A stretch of 32,000 nucleotides of DNA, taken from NCBI GenBank assembly GCA_934660865.1, contig CAKUIA010000001.1, positions 120,001 to 152,000 on the forward strand, in the 5' to 3' direction. A model generated the notes under the pieces. That model searched no databases. It worked only from the letters and a program-made list of their open reading frames with translations, and was not told where the DNA came from. This document shows positions 9,077 through 18,139 of this stretch, piece after piece. Both the position numbers and the translations under genes were made by a program. The DNA comes from an uncultured Opitutales bacterium. GTDB taxonomy: Bacteria > Verrucomicrobiota > Verrucomicrobiia > Opitutales > Intestinicryptomonadaceae. Position 1 is the stretch's first letter. Every line of letters starts with the position of its first letter.

Positions 9077-9808
9077 ATGACGAACACTGTGATATGCGCC
9101 AAGTGGGGCGACAAATACGGCCCCGAATATGTGAACAGGCTTTACAATATGGTAAAGCGCCACACCACAAAGCCGTTTAAATTCATCTGCTTTACCGACA
9201 ACAACCTCGGCATTTGCAGCGGGGTTGAAACCCGCGAGCTGCCTCCTATGAACCTGCCAAACGGCAAAGAGCGCGGCTGGCGCAAGCTTTCGTTCTTCGG
9301 CAAAGACGCCAATTTAAGCGGCAACGTTTTGTTTATAGATTTAGACGTAGTTATCGTCTCGAATATAGACGACTATTTTACAATGGACGGCGACTTTATC
9401 CTTACCGAGCATTGGAAACCCAGCAAAAAACAGGGCGTAGGGCAAACTTCGGTATACCGCTTTAACGCCGCAAACCACGCCGATTTATACGAATATTTTA
9501 TGGCAAACATAGACGCCGTAAAGGCCGAATACAGGCACGAACAGGCCTATGTATGCGGAATGCTTGCAAAGCAAAACAACATAAAGTTTTGGCCCATACA
9601 ATGGATGCCCTCATTTAAATACAAGTGCATGCGCACATTCCCCCTAAATCTTTTTATGAAGCCTGTTTTGCCGAAAGAGGCAAAAATTGTAGTCTTTCAC
9701 GGCAACCCCACCCCCGACCAGGCAATGGCGGGCAAAACAAAGGGCCTTTTTAAGGGAATATTCAGGCACGTTATAACCCCGCAATGGCTAAAGGATAATT
9801 GGCGTTGA
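9077..9808 (+). CDS. Cytoplasmic GT-A-like putative glycosyltransferase (243 aa)
   Basis: No signal peptide. The N-terminus VICAKWGDKYGPEYVNRLYNMVKRH...FICFTD, followed by the DxD-like FIDLDVVI, resembles a widespread uncharacterised nucleotide-sugar transferase-like family. The function is inferred only. Confidence 0.6.
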   Translation: MTNTVICAKWGDKYGPEYVNRLYNMVKRHTTKPFKFICFTDNNLGICSGVETRELPPMNLPNGKERGWRKLSFFGKDANLSGNVLFIDLDVVIVSNIDDYFTMDGDFILTEHWKPSKKQGVGQTSVYRFNAANHADLYEYFMANIDAVKAEYRHEQAYVCGMLAKQNNIKFWPIQWMPSFKYKCMRTFPLNLFMKPVLPKEAKIVVFHGNPTPDQAMAGKTKGLFKGIFRHVITPQWLKDNWR

Positions 9809-11001
9809 AATTTTTGCCCACCGCTTTTTTGATACTATCGCTTGCATGCCCCGCGCTTTTGGGCAGGCAGTGGCAGACAAGCGACGGCAGAAAGTTCGAG
9901 GGCGAAATTGTAAAGTGCACAAAAACAACGCTTTCGCTTTTAGACGCAAAGCGCAACCGCATAAATATAGAAATCGCGCGCCTAATACCCAAAGATATCG
10001 AGTTTTTAAAGAAAAACTACCCCGAGTTTTTCGAAGACGGCAAAGGCAATTCCCTGCACGGCAAATCCGCCGCAATTTCCAAGTGGCCCATTATAAAGGT
10101 AGACAAAACCGCAATAGCCTTTAGGTGGGATATTTCGGCCTCCAAATTCCACACAAAGCACTATTCTTTCGATATGAAAAAGCGTCTCGAAAGGGACCTT
10201 GCGCTGGATTTGGCCACCCGCTGCGAAACCGCGTACGAATCGGTTATGCAAATCCCGTTTATAGACGAAAAATTCAAGCGAAAGTGCTCTAATCTAAACA
10301 AAAAAGGCGAAAAGTTTTTAATAGAAATTGCCAATATAAAGGAAAAGAACATTGCGGGCGTTTATATGTACAATGCCTCGCCCACTTCGGGAGTGCTGTA
10401 TTCCGAATTTGTAAGGGTAGAACCCAAGTTTTTGGCAAAAAACGGCAATGGCAAAAATATTACCGAAAATATGTATTTGCCCTCGGGCACGCTGGCACAC
10501 GAACTTACCCACCAAATTTTGGCGTTTGCGGGAGGAACCATTGCAATAAAAGAGGGGCTTGCAGACTTTGTTTTTTACGGAATGTACAACAATTTCGGCG
10601 TATGCCGCTTTGATATGTACGAAAATATGCTGCAACACAAAGGCTATTTTGAAAGGGGCAAAGGCAAATCAAAAATATCGGTTTTGCCGCTAAGGGAATT
10701 TCTTACAATGCGAAAGGCCGACTTTTATTCGCCAAAAACCGTTGCAAACAACTATGCTGCAGCTTCGCTGTTTTTTATGTATTTTTACAAAAACGACATA
10801 AAAACGCTTAAAAAGTTTTTAGACAAAGCCCTTAACGAAAAAGACTGCGTGCCCTCCGAAATTTCCTCTATAAAGCGCTGTATGGACGCTTTCGAAATTC
10901 TTTTAAACGGCAAAAGCCAAGCCGAGCTTGAAAACAAAATCTGCGCATACTATGCAAAGTTCGGCATTGCAATAGAGTTTAAAAATCAAAAAAAGCGCTA
11001 G
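9799..11001 (+). CDS. Secreted SHD1-domain protein with HExxH (DUF1570-like) metallopeptidase domain
   Basis: Signal peptide (M)KFLPTAFLILSLACPALLG. The SHD1-like segment is RQWQTSDGRKFEGEIVKCTKTTLSLLD...IARLIPKDIEFLKK. HELTHQ is followed by EGLADF. The TTG start is at 9799, or at 9805 (TTGA overlapping the upstream stop). Confidence 0.75.
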   Translation: MALKFLPTAFLILSLACPALLGRQWQTSDGRKFEGEIVKCTKTTLSLLDAKRNRINIEIARLIPKDIEFLKKNYPEFFEDGKGNSLHGKSAAISKWPIIKVDKTAIAFRWDISASKFHTKHYSFDMKKRLERDLALDLATRCETAYESVMQIPFIDEKFKRKCSNLNKKGEKFLIEIANIKEKNIAGVYMYNASPTSGVLYSEFVRVEPKFLAKNGNGKNITENMYLPSGTLAHELTHQILAFAGGTIAIKEGLADFVFYGMYNNFGVCRFDMYENMLQHKGYFERGKGKSKISVLPLREFLTMRKADFYSPKTVANNYAAASLFFMYFYKNDIKTLKKFLDKALNEKDCVPSEISSIKRCMDAFEILLNGKSQAELENKICAYYAKFGIAIEFKNQKKR

Positions 11002-11037
11002 CAAAATTCAAACTATTTTCCGATAAATCGGGGCAAT

Positions 11038-11078
11038 AAAAAAGGCGGCTTTTTGTCTGCCGCCATTTTTGTGTTTTA
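11038..11078. terminator. Bidirectional hairpin terminator between convergent genes
   Basis: GGCGGC (11044-11049) pairs with GCCGCC (11059-11064). An A-run lies upstream and a T-run downstream, so the hairpin can work on both strands. Confidence 0.7.
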
Positions 11079-11099
11079 TAAAAAAGGTTTGCCCAAGTT

Positions 11100-12248
11100 T
11101 TACTTTTCGGGAGCTTCAAGCTCGAACTCGAACATATCGTAGGGGGCGGTTCTCCAGGCCAAATTTTTCGTCATCGGCGAAAACCCGAACAACGGCGAAT
11201 ATGTCGAGGCCTTTACGGTTTTGCCGTCTTTTTGGAATTCCAAAATCCTCAGCCAGCCGTCGCCGCCGTTGCCGTTAAAGCCGCCGCCTATGGTCTGGCA
11301 GTTAAACATCATTGCCGAGAACTTTGTGCCGTCGTCTTCCCTTTCAAAAGTCCTGAATACCGAAGTATTTTCAAAATCGGTCAGATTTTCGCAAAAGTGC
11401 CCGCACACAACCAGTTTAATTGCGGGACATTTTTCGACAAGCATAGTATGTGTTTTCTTAAAATAGCCGTTTATTTGCCCTTTTGTATCCAAAAAGCCGT
11501 GGGTTAAAAGAATAGCCCTTTTGCCTTTTGCGGTTTTGCTTGTCTGCAAAAAGTTGCATGCCCATTCAAGAGTCTCTTTGCGCGGGGCGTATTCCAGCGT
11601 AATTACAACAACCTGCCCCCATTTGCCGCCTATATCCAACAAATATGCGGCGTTTTCAAGCGTTTCTACACCCTCTCTTGTGTAGAAAACCTCTATAAGG
11701 CTCTCCTTGTTTTTAAGGTTTCTTGAAGGATGGAAATAATCCTTAAAATTCGACACCCTGCTGGCGTAGTCTTTGTCGCCCAAATACCACTTGCGGCCGT
11801 AGTCGTGGTTGCCCGTGCAAAGCATATAGGGAACCTTGTTGTCGAGCCTGCCAAAGCAGTGCGAAACCCAATTCCACATTTCCTTGTCGGTTTCAAGCTC
11901 GCCGAAATTCGAGAATAAAGTTCCGTTGTGTTCTACAATGTCGCCCGTGCACAAAACGCCCTTTACGTTAAGCCTTTTTGCGTTGTAGGCCACCCACGAA
12001 GTCATTAAATCCAAAACGGGCTGGTTTTTAATCCTCGGCGTATAGGTTTGCGTGTCGGGCAAAACCACAAGCGTTGCCTGCGCGTTTTTGCCTAGCCTGG
12101 GCTCGCCCAAGTTTTTAAGGGTGGCCATATCCTTTTTCATATACTCTTTTGCAAGTTCCGCCGCGCTCTTTTTGGGAACGTCTGCGCCGAAAAGCGAAAC
12201 GGCAAACACCGCCGACAATGTGTAGACTGTAAATTTTGCAATATTCAT
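11100..12248 (-). CDS. Secreted calcineurin-like metallophosphoesterase
   Basis: The signal peptide is MNIAKFTVYTLSAVFAVSLFGA. Metallophosphoesterase motifs are present: LPDTQ, GDIVEH, GNHD, and the GH of LTHGF. 382 aa. Confidence 0.8.
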   Translation of the reverse strand: MNIAKFTVYTLSAVFAVSLFGADVPKKSAAELAKEYMKKDMATLKNLGEPRLGKNAQATLVVLPDTQTYTPRIKNQPVLDLMTSWVAYNAKRLNVKGVLCTGDIVEHNGTLFSNFGELETDKEMWNWVSHCFGRLDNKVPYMLCTGNHDYGRKWYLGDKDYASRVSNFKDYFHPSRNLKNKESLIEVFYTREGVETLENAAYLLDIGGKWGQVVVITLEYAPRKETLEWACNFLQTSKTAKGKRAILLTHGFLDTKGQINGYFKKTHTMLVEKCPAIKLVVCGHFCENLTDFENTSVFRTFEREDDGTKFSAMMFNCQTIGGGFNGNGGDGWLRILEFQKDGKTVKASTYSPLFGFSPMTKNLAWRTAPYDMFEFELEAPEK

Positions 12249-12382
12249 AGCCCGAAACGCTAGCTAAGCCCTAAAATCATTGCAACAGTTTTTTGGGAAC
12301 CGACGCAAAAATGGCGTGTCGATTAAACTTGAAAAGCAAAGCTCCGTTTTAGTAAGCTAGCTAAAGTTTAATATATAATAGA

Positions 12383-13936
12383 ATGTTTTGGGACTTTTTA
12401 GACAGCTCCGTTGTTTTGGGAATTATCGCGGCAATACTTTTTGCCGAGTGCATAATTTTGTTTGTAAACGGCCTGTCGTATAAAAGCAAGATGGAGGCAA
12501 AGCTCGCCTCGGTTAAAGAGGAAAGCGCAATAAAAATCCAAAAGCGGCTGGACGAAATAGAAATCACGCTAAGGGAGCGCAGCCTGGCTCTTAAAAGCGA
12601 GTACGACGAACTTTTAAATTCGGCGCGCAGGCTTAACGAAGACGCCGAAGAGCGCGCCAACAAGGCCGAAGTTTTAAGGAAAGACTACGAAAGCGCAAAA
12701 AGCCGCTGCATTGAAGAGCGCGACAGATTTTCGGCAAAATCGAAAGAGCTTTCCGAAAAAACGAGGGAGCTTTCCGAAAAGATGCTTTCGCTTGCCTCTT
12801 TGGACAAAAGCGAGATTGAGGAAGAGGCAAAAAAAATACTTTTGGCCGACGCCGAAAAAAACCTTTCCTTTTATGCCGAAAACTTCTTTTCGCAAAGGGC
12901 AAAGGAGATAGAAAAGCGCGCCATAGACATTCTGCTTTCCACAATGCAAAGCATTGCCGCAAAAGAGTGCGCGCAGTCTACAACCTGCATTGTGCAAATA
13001 CCCAACGAGGCAATGAAGGGCCGCCTTATAGGCAAAGACGGCCGCAACATACGCTCGTTTGAATATTCTACGGCAACAACCCTTGTCATCGACGAAACTC
13101 CCGACTCGGTTATGATTTCGTCTTTCGACCCCGTAAAGAGGGAAACCGCAAAAATAGCCCTGGAAAACCTTATTGCCGACGGAAGGATAAACCCCGCTAC
13201 GATAGAAGAGCAGGTAAAAAAGGCCAAAGACGCCGTAAGCGAGCTTGCCCTAAAAAAAGGCAAAAGCGCCGTTGCCGACCTGGGGCTTTCGAACGTAGAC
13301 ACGTCGTTGTGCGAGCTTGTAGGCAGGCTTTATTTCCACCTCTCGCTAAACCAAAATTCGCTGCAACATTCCGTTGAATGTGCGGTTTTGGCGGGGGCAA
13401 TAGCCCACGAGCTTAACCTTAACTGCGAATTGGCAATGCGCTGCGCGCTGTTCCACGACATAGGCAAAGTTATGCCCCAGGAAAGTTTGGAAAACGCCGC
13501 AAACCACGCATTGGCGGGGGCAAACTTTTTAAGAGCCTGCGGCGAGTGCAAGGAGGTTGTTTCGGCGGCCGCCTCGCACCACGGCGATGTAGACTGCGGC
13601 GACGAATATTCCGCCATTGTCCGCATTGCCGACACGATTTCCGCTTCGAGACCCGGGGCGAGAATGGAGGCTTCGCAGGCGTATTTTAAAAGGGTAAAGC
13701 TTCTCGAGCAAATCGCCTACTCTTTCGACGGCGTGCAAGACGCCTATGTAATCCAGGCGGGAAGGGAAATTAGGGTTATCTTAAAGCCCGAATCGGTAAG
13801 CGAAAACCGCGCGGTAGACCTTGCCGCAAAAATAAGGGATAAAATAAGCGAATCGTACGACAGCCTCGGCCCCGTAAAAATAACCATAATAAGGGAAAAC
13901 CGCTGGACCGAAATATCCAAACAACAAAACGCTTAA
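12383..13936 (+). CDS. rny: Ribonuclease Y
   Basis: N-terminal TM helix, a coiled-coil region, a KH domain (GRLIGKDGRNIRSFE) and an HD domain (ALFHDIGKV ... HH). 517 aa. Confidence 0.93.
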   Translation: MFWDFLDSSVVLGIIAAILFAECIILFVNGLSYKSKMEAKLASVKEESAIKIQKRLDEIEITLRERSLALKSEYDELLNSARRLNEDAEERANKAEVLRKDYESAKSRCIEERDRFSAKSKELSEKTRELSEKMLSLASLDKSEIEEEAKKILLADAEKNLSFYAENFFSQRAKEIEKRAIDILLSTMQSIAAKECAQSTTCIVQIPNEAMKGRLIGKDGRNIRSFEYSTATTLVIDETPDSVMISSFDPVKRETAKIALENLIADGRINPATIEEQVKKAKDAVSELALKKGKSAVADLGLSNVDTSLCELVGRLYFHLSLNQNSLQHSVECAVLAGAIAHELNLNCELAMRCALFHDIGKVMPQESLENAANHALAGANFLRACGECKEVVSAAASHHGDVDCGDEYSAIVRIADTISASRPGARMEASQAYFKRVKLLEQIAYSFDGVQDAYVIQAGREIRVILKPESVSENRAVDLAAKIRDKISESYDSLGPVKITIIRENRWTEISKQQNA

Positions 13937-13997
13937 TTTTCAGGCTTTTTTTACGATAGCGCTTGCGCTAATAGTTATAATTTAAAAGATAGTATAT

Positions 13998-16475
13998 ATG
14001 CCATATTTCACACCCAGAGCACTGCAGATTTTTTCGTTGGCAAAGCGTCAGGCACTGTCGCTTGGGCACAACTACATAGGCACCGAACATATCCTTTTGG
14101 GTATGATAGAGCTTAACCAGGGCGTAGCCGTTACGGTGTTGCGCAAAATGGGGCTTAATTTGGAAAACGTGCGCCAACAGGTTATAGAGCAGCTGGGAAC
14201 GGGCCCCGCAAACGCCGTCAGTGCCGACGACATTCCGCAAACTCCAAAAGTAAAACGCGTTTTGGCTTTTGCGGGAATGGAGGCTGCAAGTTTAAAGCAC
14301 AACTACATAGGCACCGAACACATACTTTTGGGAATTTTGCGCGACGGCGACAATGTTGCCGCAAAAATACTTACAAGCTTGGGAATAGACATTAAAGACT
14401 GCCAAAGGGCGATTTTGGCGGAGCTAGACCCCAATTTTATAGGAGACGCCCCCCAGCAAAACCCCTCCGACCCCGAAAAATCCGACCAAAAATTCAGCGC
14501 CATAAAATCCTTCGGGCGCGACCTTACCGAAATGGCGAAAAACAACGCCCTAGACCCCGTTATAGGCCGAAGCAAAGAGATAATGAGGGTTATACAAATT
14601 TTGTGCAGAAGAACCAAAAACAACCCCGTTTTGATAGGCGAAGCGGGCGTGGGCAAAACCGCCATTGTAGAGGGTTTGGCACAGGAAATAGCCAACGGCG
14701 TTGTTCCCGAAATTTTGACGAATAAAAAGGTAATTGCCCTTGATATGTCGGCAATGCTTGCGGGCACAAAATACCGCGGACAATTCGAGGAAAGGGTTAA
14801 GGCACTTATGGAGGAAGTGGAAAAGTCTAAAAACATAATTTTGTTTATAGACGAGCTTCATACCATTGTCGGCTCCGGCTCGGCCGAAGGAGGGGCAATG
14901 GACGCCTCGAATATGTTTAAGCCCGCCCTTTCGCGCGGGACATTGCAGTGCATTGGCGCGACAACCCTAAACGAATACCGCAAGTATATCGAAAAAGACA
15001 GCGCGCTTGACAGGCGTTTTCAAAGCGTAACGGTAGACGCCCCGTCGGTGGACGACACAATAAAAATTTTGGACGGGCTAAAGGCCAACTACGAAAAGCA
15101 CCACCACTGCAAATATACGCAGGAGGCCTTGGAAAGCGCGGTAAAAATGTCGGACCGCTACATAACAAGCCGCCAGCTGCCCGACAAGGCCATAGACATT
15201 ATAGACGAAGCGGGCTCGCGCGCCAGAATTAGGGGTATGAAACGCCCCGAAGCCGTCGAAAAGCTTGCCGAGCAAATCGCGCAGGTGGAAGCGCAAAAGG
15301 AAGACTGCATTAAAAACCAGAAGTTTGAAGAGGCGGCAAAATTCAGGGATACCGAAAAAACGCTTAGCGCCCAAAAAGAGGATATGCTTAAAGTTTGGCG
15401 CAAAAAGCTCGACGAAACTACCGTTGTTGTAGACAAAGACGACATTTTGGAGGTTCTTTCGTCGTGGACGGGCATTCCCCTAAGAAGAATGGCCGAAAGC
15501 GAGACAAAAAAGATTTTAAACCTCGAAAAAGAGTTGCAAAGCAAAGTTATAGGCCAAGACGAGGCAACGGCCACCATAGCCAGAGCCTTGCGCAGGTCGT
15601 GCGCATTTTTAAAAGACCCGAAAAAGCCCATAGGCTCGTTCCTGTTTATGGGGCCAACGGGCGTGGGCAAAACCTACTTGGCAAAGATTTTGGCAGAGGA
15701 AATGTTCGGCAACCAAGACAGCCTTATCCAAATAGACATGTCGGAATACATGGAAAAGTTCTCGGTTTCGAGGCTTATAGGTTCTCCTCCCGGGTACGTC
15801 GGCCACGAAGACGGCGGCCAGCTTACCGAAGCGGTGCGCAGAAAGCCCTATAGCGTAATACTTTTCGACGAAATAGAAAAGGCGCACCCCGATGTTGCCC
15901 AGCTGCTGCTGCAAGTGCTGGAAGACGGGCGTCTTACCGACAGCCTCGGCAGAACCGTAGACTTTAGAAACACCATAATAATTTTAACAAGCAATGTCGG
16001 CGCGCACATAATGCAAAAAAATACGTCGATGGGCTTCGATGTCGGCATGGACACCGAGCGCGACTACGAGCGCGTAAAGGCGAAAGTGCTTGACGAAATG
16101 AAGCGCGTGTTCCGCCCCGAGTTTATAAACCGCATTGGCGACATTGTGCTGTTTAAATCGCTAGACAAAGCTGCAATTTCAAAAATAGTTTTGCTTGAGA
16201 CCGAAAACGTTAAAAAGCGTTTGGCCGAACGCGACATAGAGTTGCTTTTAGACGAAAGCGCCGTAAACTTTTTAATAGAAAAAGGCTGGGACGAAAAGTT
16301 CGGGGCAAGACCCTTGAAACGCGCCATAGAACGCGAGCTTGAAGACAAGCTTGCCGAAGACATACTTTCGGGAAAAATCGCCGAAGGCTGCGGCAAATTG
16401 TCGGTATTTTGCGAAGACGGCACGCTGCAATTCAGGCAAAAAACTCCCCGAACAAAGCGCAAGGCAAAAGCTTAA
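13998..16475 (+). CDS. clpC: ATP-dependent Clp protease ATP-binding subunit ClpC
   Basis: Two Clp_N repeats ([12 protein letters not shown] twice), Walker A motifs GEAGVGKT and GPTGVGKT, and a UVR-like middle segment ([16 protein letters not shown]). 825 aa. Confidence 0.93.
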   Translation: MPYFTPRALQIFSLAKRQALSLGHNYIGTEHILLGMIELNQGVAVTVLRKMGLNLENVRQQVIEQLGTGPANAVSADDIPQTPKVKRVLAFAGMEAASLKHNYIGTEHILLGILRDGDNVAAKILTSLGIDIKDCQRAILAELDPNFIGDAPQQNPSDPEKSDQKFSAIKSFGRDLTEMAKNNALDPVIGRSKEIMRVIQILCRRTKNNPVLIGEAGVGKTAIVEGLAQEIANGVVPEILTNKKVIALDMSAMLAGTKYRGQFEERVKALMEEVEKSKNIILFIDELHTIVGSGSAEGGAMDASNMFKPALSRGTLQCIGATTLNEYRKYIEKDSALDRRFQSVTVDAPSVDDTIKILDGLKANYEKHHHCKYTQEALESAVKMSDRYITSRQLPDKAIDIIDEAGSRARIRGMKRPEAVEKLAEQIAQVEAQKEDCIKNQKFEEAAKFRDTEKTLSAQKEDMLKVWRKKLDETTVVVDKDDILEVLSSWTGIPLRRMAESETKKILNLEKELQSKVIGQDEATATIARALRRSCAFLKDPKKPIGSFLFMGPTGVGKTYLAKILAEEMFGNQDSLIQIDMSEYMEKFSVSRLIGSPPGYVGHEDGGQLTEAVRRKPYSVILFDEIEKAHPDVAQLLLQVLEDGRLTDSLGRTVDFRNTIIILTSNVGAHIMQKNTSMGFDVGMDTERDYERVKAKVLDEMKRVFRPEFINRIGDIVLFKSLDKAAISKIVLLETENVKKRLAERDIELLLDESAVNFLIEKGWDEKFGARPLKRAIERELEDKLAEDILSGKIAEGCGKLSVFCEDGTLQFRQKTPRTKRKAKA

Positions 16476-17006
16476 ATGGAAGAGATAACGCTAATTTCGT
16501 CCGACAGGATTTATTCGAGAATTGTAGAGCTTGCAAGGGACATTTCGAACTACTGCAAGGCAAACTGCATTTCGGAGCTTAACGTAATTTGGGCGGCCGA
16601 GGGCGCAATTATGTTTGCGGCCGACTTGTGCCGCAAATTAAACGTGCCGTATGTGCGCATTTCGTCGGTAAAAATTTCCACCTATCAAGATTCCACAAAG
16701 CCCACGGGCAACGTAAAGGTTGAAAGGCTTAGCGGCGTATTTGCGGGCAAAGACATTCTGCTTATCGACGACATTCTTGAAACGGGCAATACGATGAAAA
16801 TTATGGAAAACCTGCTTTTAGATGCGGGGGCAAAAAGCGTAAAAAAATGCGTGCTGCTAAAGAAGAAAAATGTTTCAAACCCCGTCTGCCAAGCCGACTA
16901 CGTAGGTTTCGAGATAGACGACTACTTTGTATACGGCTACGGGCTTGACTATCAAAATATGTACAGGAACTTTCCCGATATTAAAGCGAGAATACTAAAC
17001 CCCTAA
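16476..17006 (+). CDS. hpt: Hypoxanthine-guanine phosphoribosyltransferase
   Basis: PRPP-binding motif ILLIDDILETGNTM and C-terminal DYFVYGYGLDYQNMYRNFPDI. The ATG directly abuts the clpC TAA. Confidence 0.92.
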   Translation: MEEITLISSDRIYSRIVELARDISNYCKANCISELNVIWAAEGAIMFAADLCRKLNVPYVRISSVKISTYQDSTKPTGNVKVERLSGVFAGKDILLIDDILETGNTMKIMENLLLDAGAKSVKKCVLLKKKNVSNPVCQADYVGFEIDDYFVYGYGLDYQNMYRNFPDIKARILNP

Positions 17007-17046
17007 CATATTGTTTTGCAAGGCGTTAAAAATTTTTAAACTGCGC

Positions 17047-17085
17047 AAAAAAATGCGAGCCTAAAAAAAGAGCCCGCATTTTTTG
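17047..17085. terminator. Bidirectional terminator between hpt (+) and trxA (-)
   Basis: AAAAAAATGCGAGC (17047-17060) pairs with GCCCGCATTTTTT (17072-17084) with one mismatch. It is flanked by A and T runs. Confidence 0.65.
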
Positions 17086-17106
17086 TTTCATACAAAAATC
17101 GGAAAA

Positions 17107-17424
17107 TTAAAGCTCGTTAAGGATTTTCTTAAGGGCTTCCTTTGTAGTCATCGACGCCCTGCCCACTTCTTTAGAGTTCTTAAAGAACACTATTGTGGGG
17201 ATTTGCGTTATCGAAAATCTTTCGGCCAATTCCGGGCACTCGTCTACGTCCACCTTGGCGACAACCGCTTTTTTGGGGTCTGTCTCGGCGGCCAAAGCGT
17301 CTATTGTGGGGGCCAACATTCTGCACGGGCCGCACCACGTCGCCCAAAAATCGACCAGCACGGGCTTGCCCGACGCTATTGTAGAATAAAAACTTTCGTT
17401 GTTTAAGTGAAGTACACTAGCCAT
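17107..17424 (-). CDS. trxA: Thioredoxin
   Basis: 105 aa with the WCGPC active site in a typical thioredoxin context (VLVDFWATWCGPCRMLAP). Confidence 0.95.
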   Translation of the reverse strand: MASVLHLNNESFYSTIASGKPVLVDFWATWCGPCRMLAPTIDALAAETDPKKAVVAKVDVDECPELAERFSITQIPTIVFFKNSKEVGRASMTTKEALKKILNEL

Positions 17425-17438
17425 AATTCAATTTCCAG

Positions 17439-17792
17439 TTATTGCTGGACAACGGTTAAAACCGAAAATGCAACAACAGCCGCAAATGCCAAAAAGTCTA
17501 CCGCAACCAGCAGGGGGTTAACTTTTTTCTTATCGGACAAATTTGCGTCGAATGAAGGACGGATTTTGTCGGCGCTAGTGGAAAACTTTACGGGAGCGGC
17601 AGCCGCCGATGTTTTTGGCAGCGAAAACGACGGAGCTTCGACCTTGGGAGCCGCCGACAAGTCGAGATTTACCCTGGGCGCGCTTTGCGAAACCGCGGGC
17701 TGGGCCGCATTGGGGTTTTCGCCTAAAACGGGGGCTTTTTCGGCCGCCGCATTGGGGTTTTCGGGCAATTCAAATTTTGTTTCTTCCGACAT
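17439..17792 (-). CDS. Tail-anchored low-complexity membrane protein (118 aa), unknown function
   Basis: Start chosen at ATG 17792 (MSEETKF...). The N-terminal region is Ala/Pro/Asn-rich and predicted disordered, with a duplicated ENPNAA motif. A KKK then precedes a single C-terminal TM helix (LLVAVDFLAFAAVVAFSVLTVV). The stop lies 14 nt before trxA. Confidence 0.55.
   Translation of the reverse strand: MSEETKFELPENPNAAAEKAPVLGENPNAAQPAVSQSAPRVNLDLSAAPKVEAPSFSLPKTSAAAAPVKFSTSADKIRPSFDANLSDKKKVNPLLVAVDFLAFAAVVAFSVLTVVQQ
17704..17763. repeat. Perfect 18-nt direct repeat (two copies, 42-nt period) inside the 17439-17792 CDS
   Basis: GCCGCATTGGGGTTTTCG occurs at 17704-17721 and 17746-17763. It encodes ENPNAA on the minus strand. 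Confidence 0.9.
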
Positions 17793-17955
17793 AGTAGTTA
17801 TCCAGTGAATTTGTTTGTTGTTTGTAAAGTAATGTGCGCCCCATAAATGAGACTGGCAACAATTCAATGCCAATTAGCCTGTTTTGCAAGCTTTATTTTA
17901 GTTTTTAGGCGTTAAAGCTACCGCAAAAACATTTGCGAAAAAAACAAAGGCGCGC

Positions 17956-17984
17956 TTGACAAACCGCACAATTACTGCAAGATT
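17956..17984 (+). promoter_or_regulatory. Candidate rpsO promoter (TTGACA-N17-AAGATT)
   Basis: A perfect -35 TTGACA lies at 17956-17961. The -10 candidate AAGATT at 17979-17984 is weak. Confidence 0.35.
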
Positions 17985-18010
17985 TTCGGGATAATGCGTA
18001 AGGAGTTTTT

Positions 18011-18120
18011 CGGGTTCCGCTCGGCAGCTCCCGCGGCTTTCGGGCGGCGCCCGTTTTAACGATGTTTTCTGCGAGTGGCAGAGTACATGGCCGTATGAAT
18101 TATACGACCCAAAAGCCGTG
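18011..18120 (+). promoter_or_regulatory. Structured 5' leader of rpsO (candidate S15 autoregulatory element / attenuator)
   Basis: A GC-rich helix CGGGTTCCGC (18011-18020) pairs with GCGGCGCCCG (18044-18053) and is followed by TTTT. A second helix CATGGCCGTAT (18086-18096) pairs with ATACG (18102-18106) and GCCGTG (18115-18120). It ends just upstream of the AAGGA Shine-Dalgarno sequence. Confidence 0.4.
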
Positions 18121-18139
18121 CACAAAAAAGGACAAGCAA

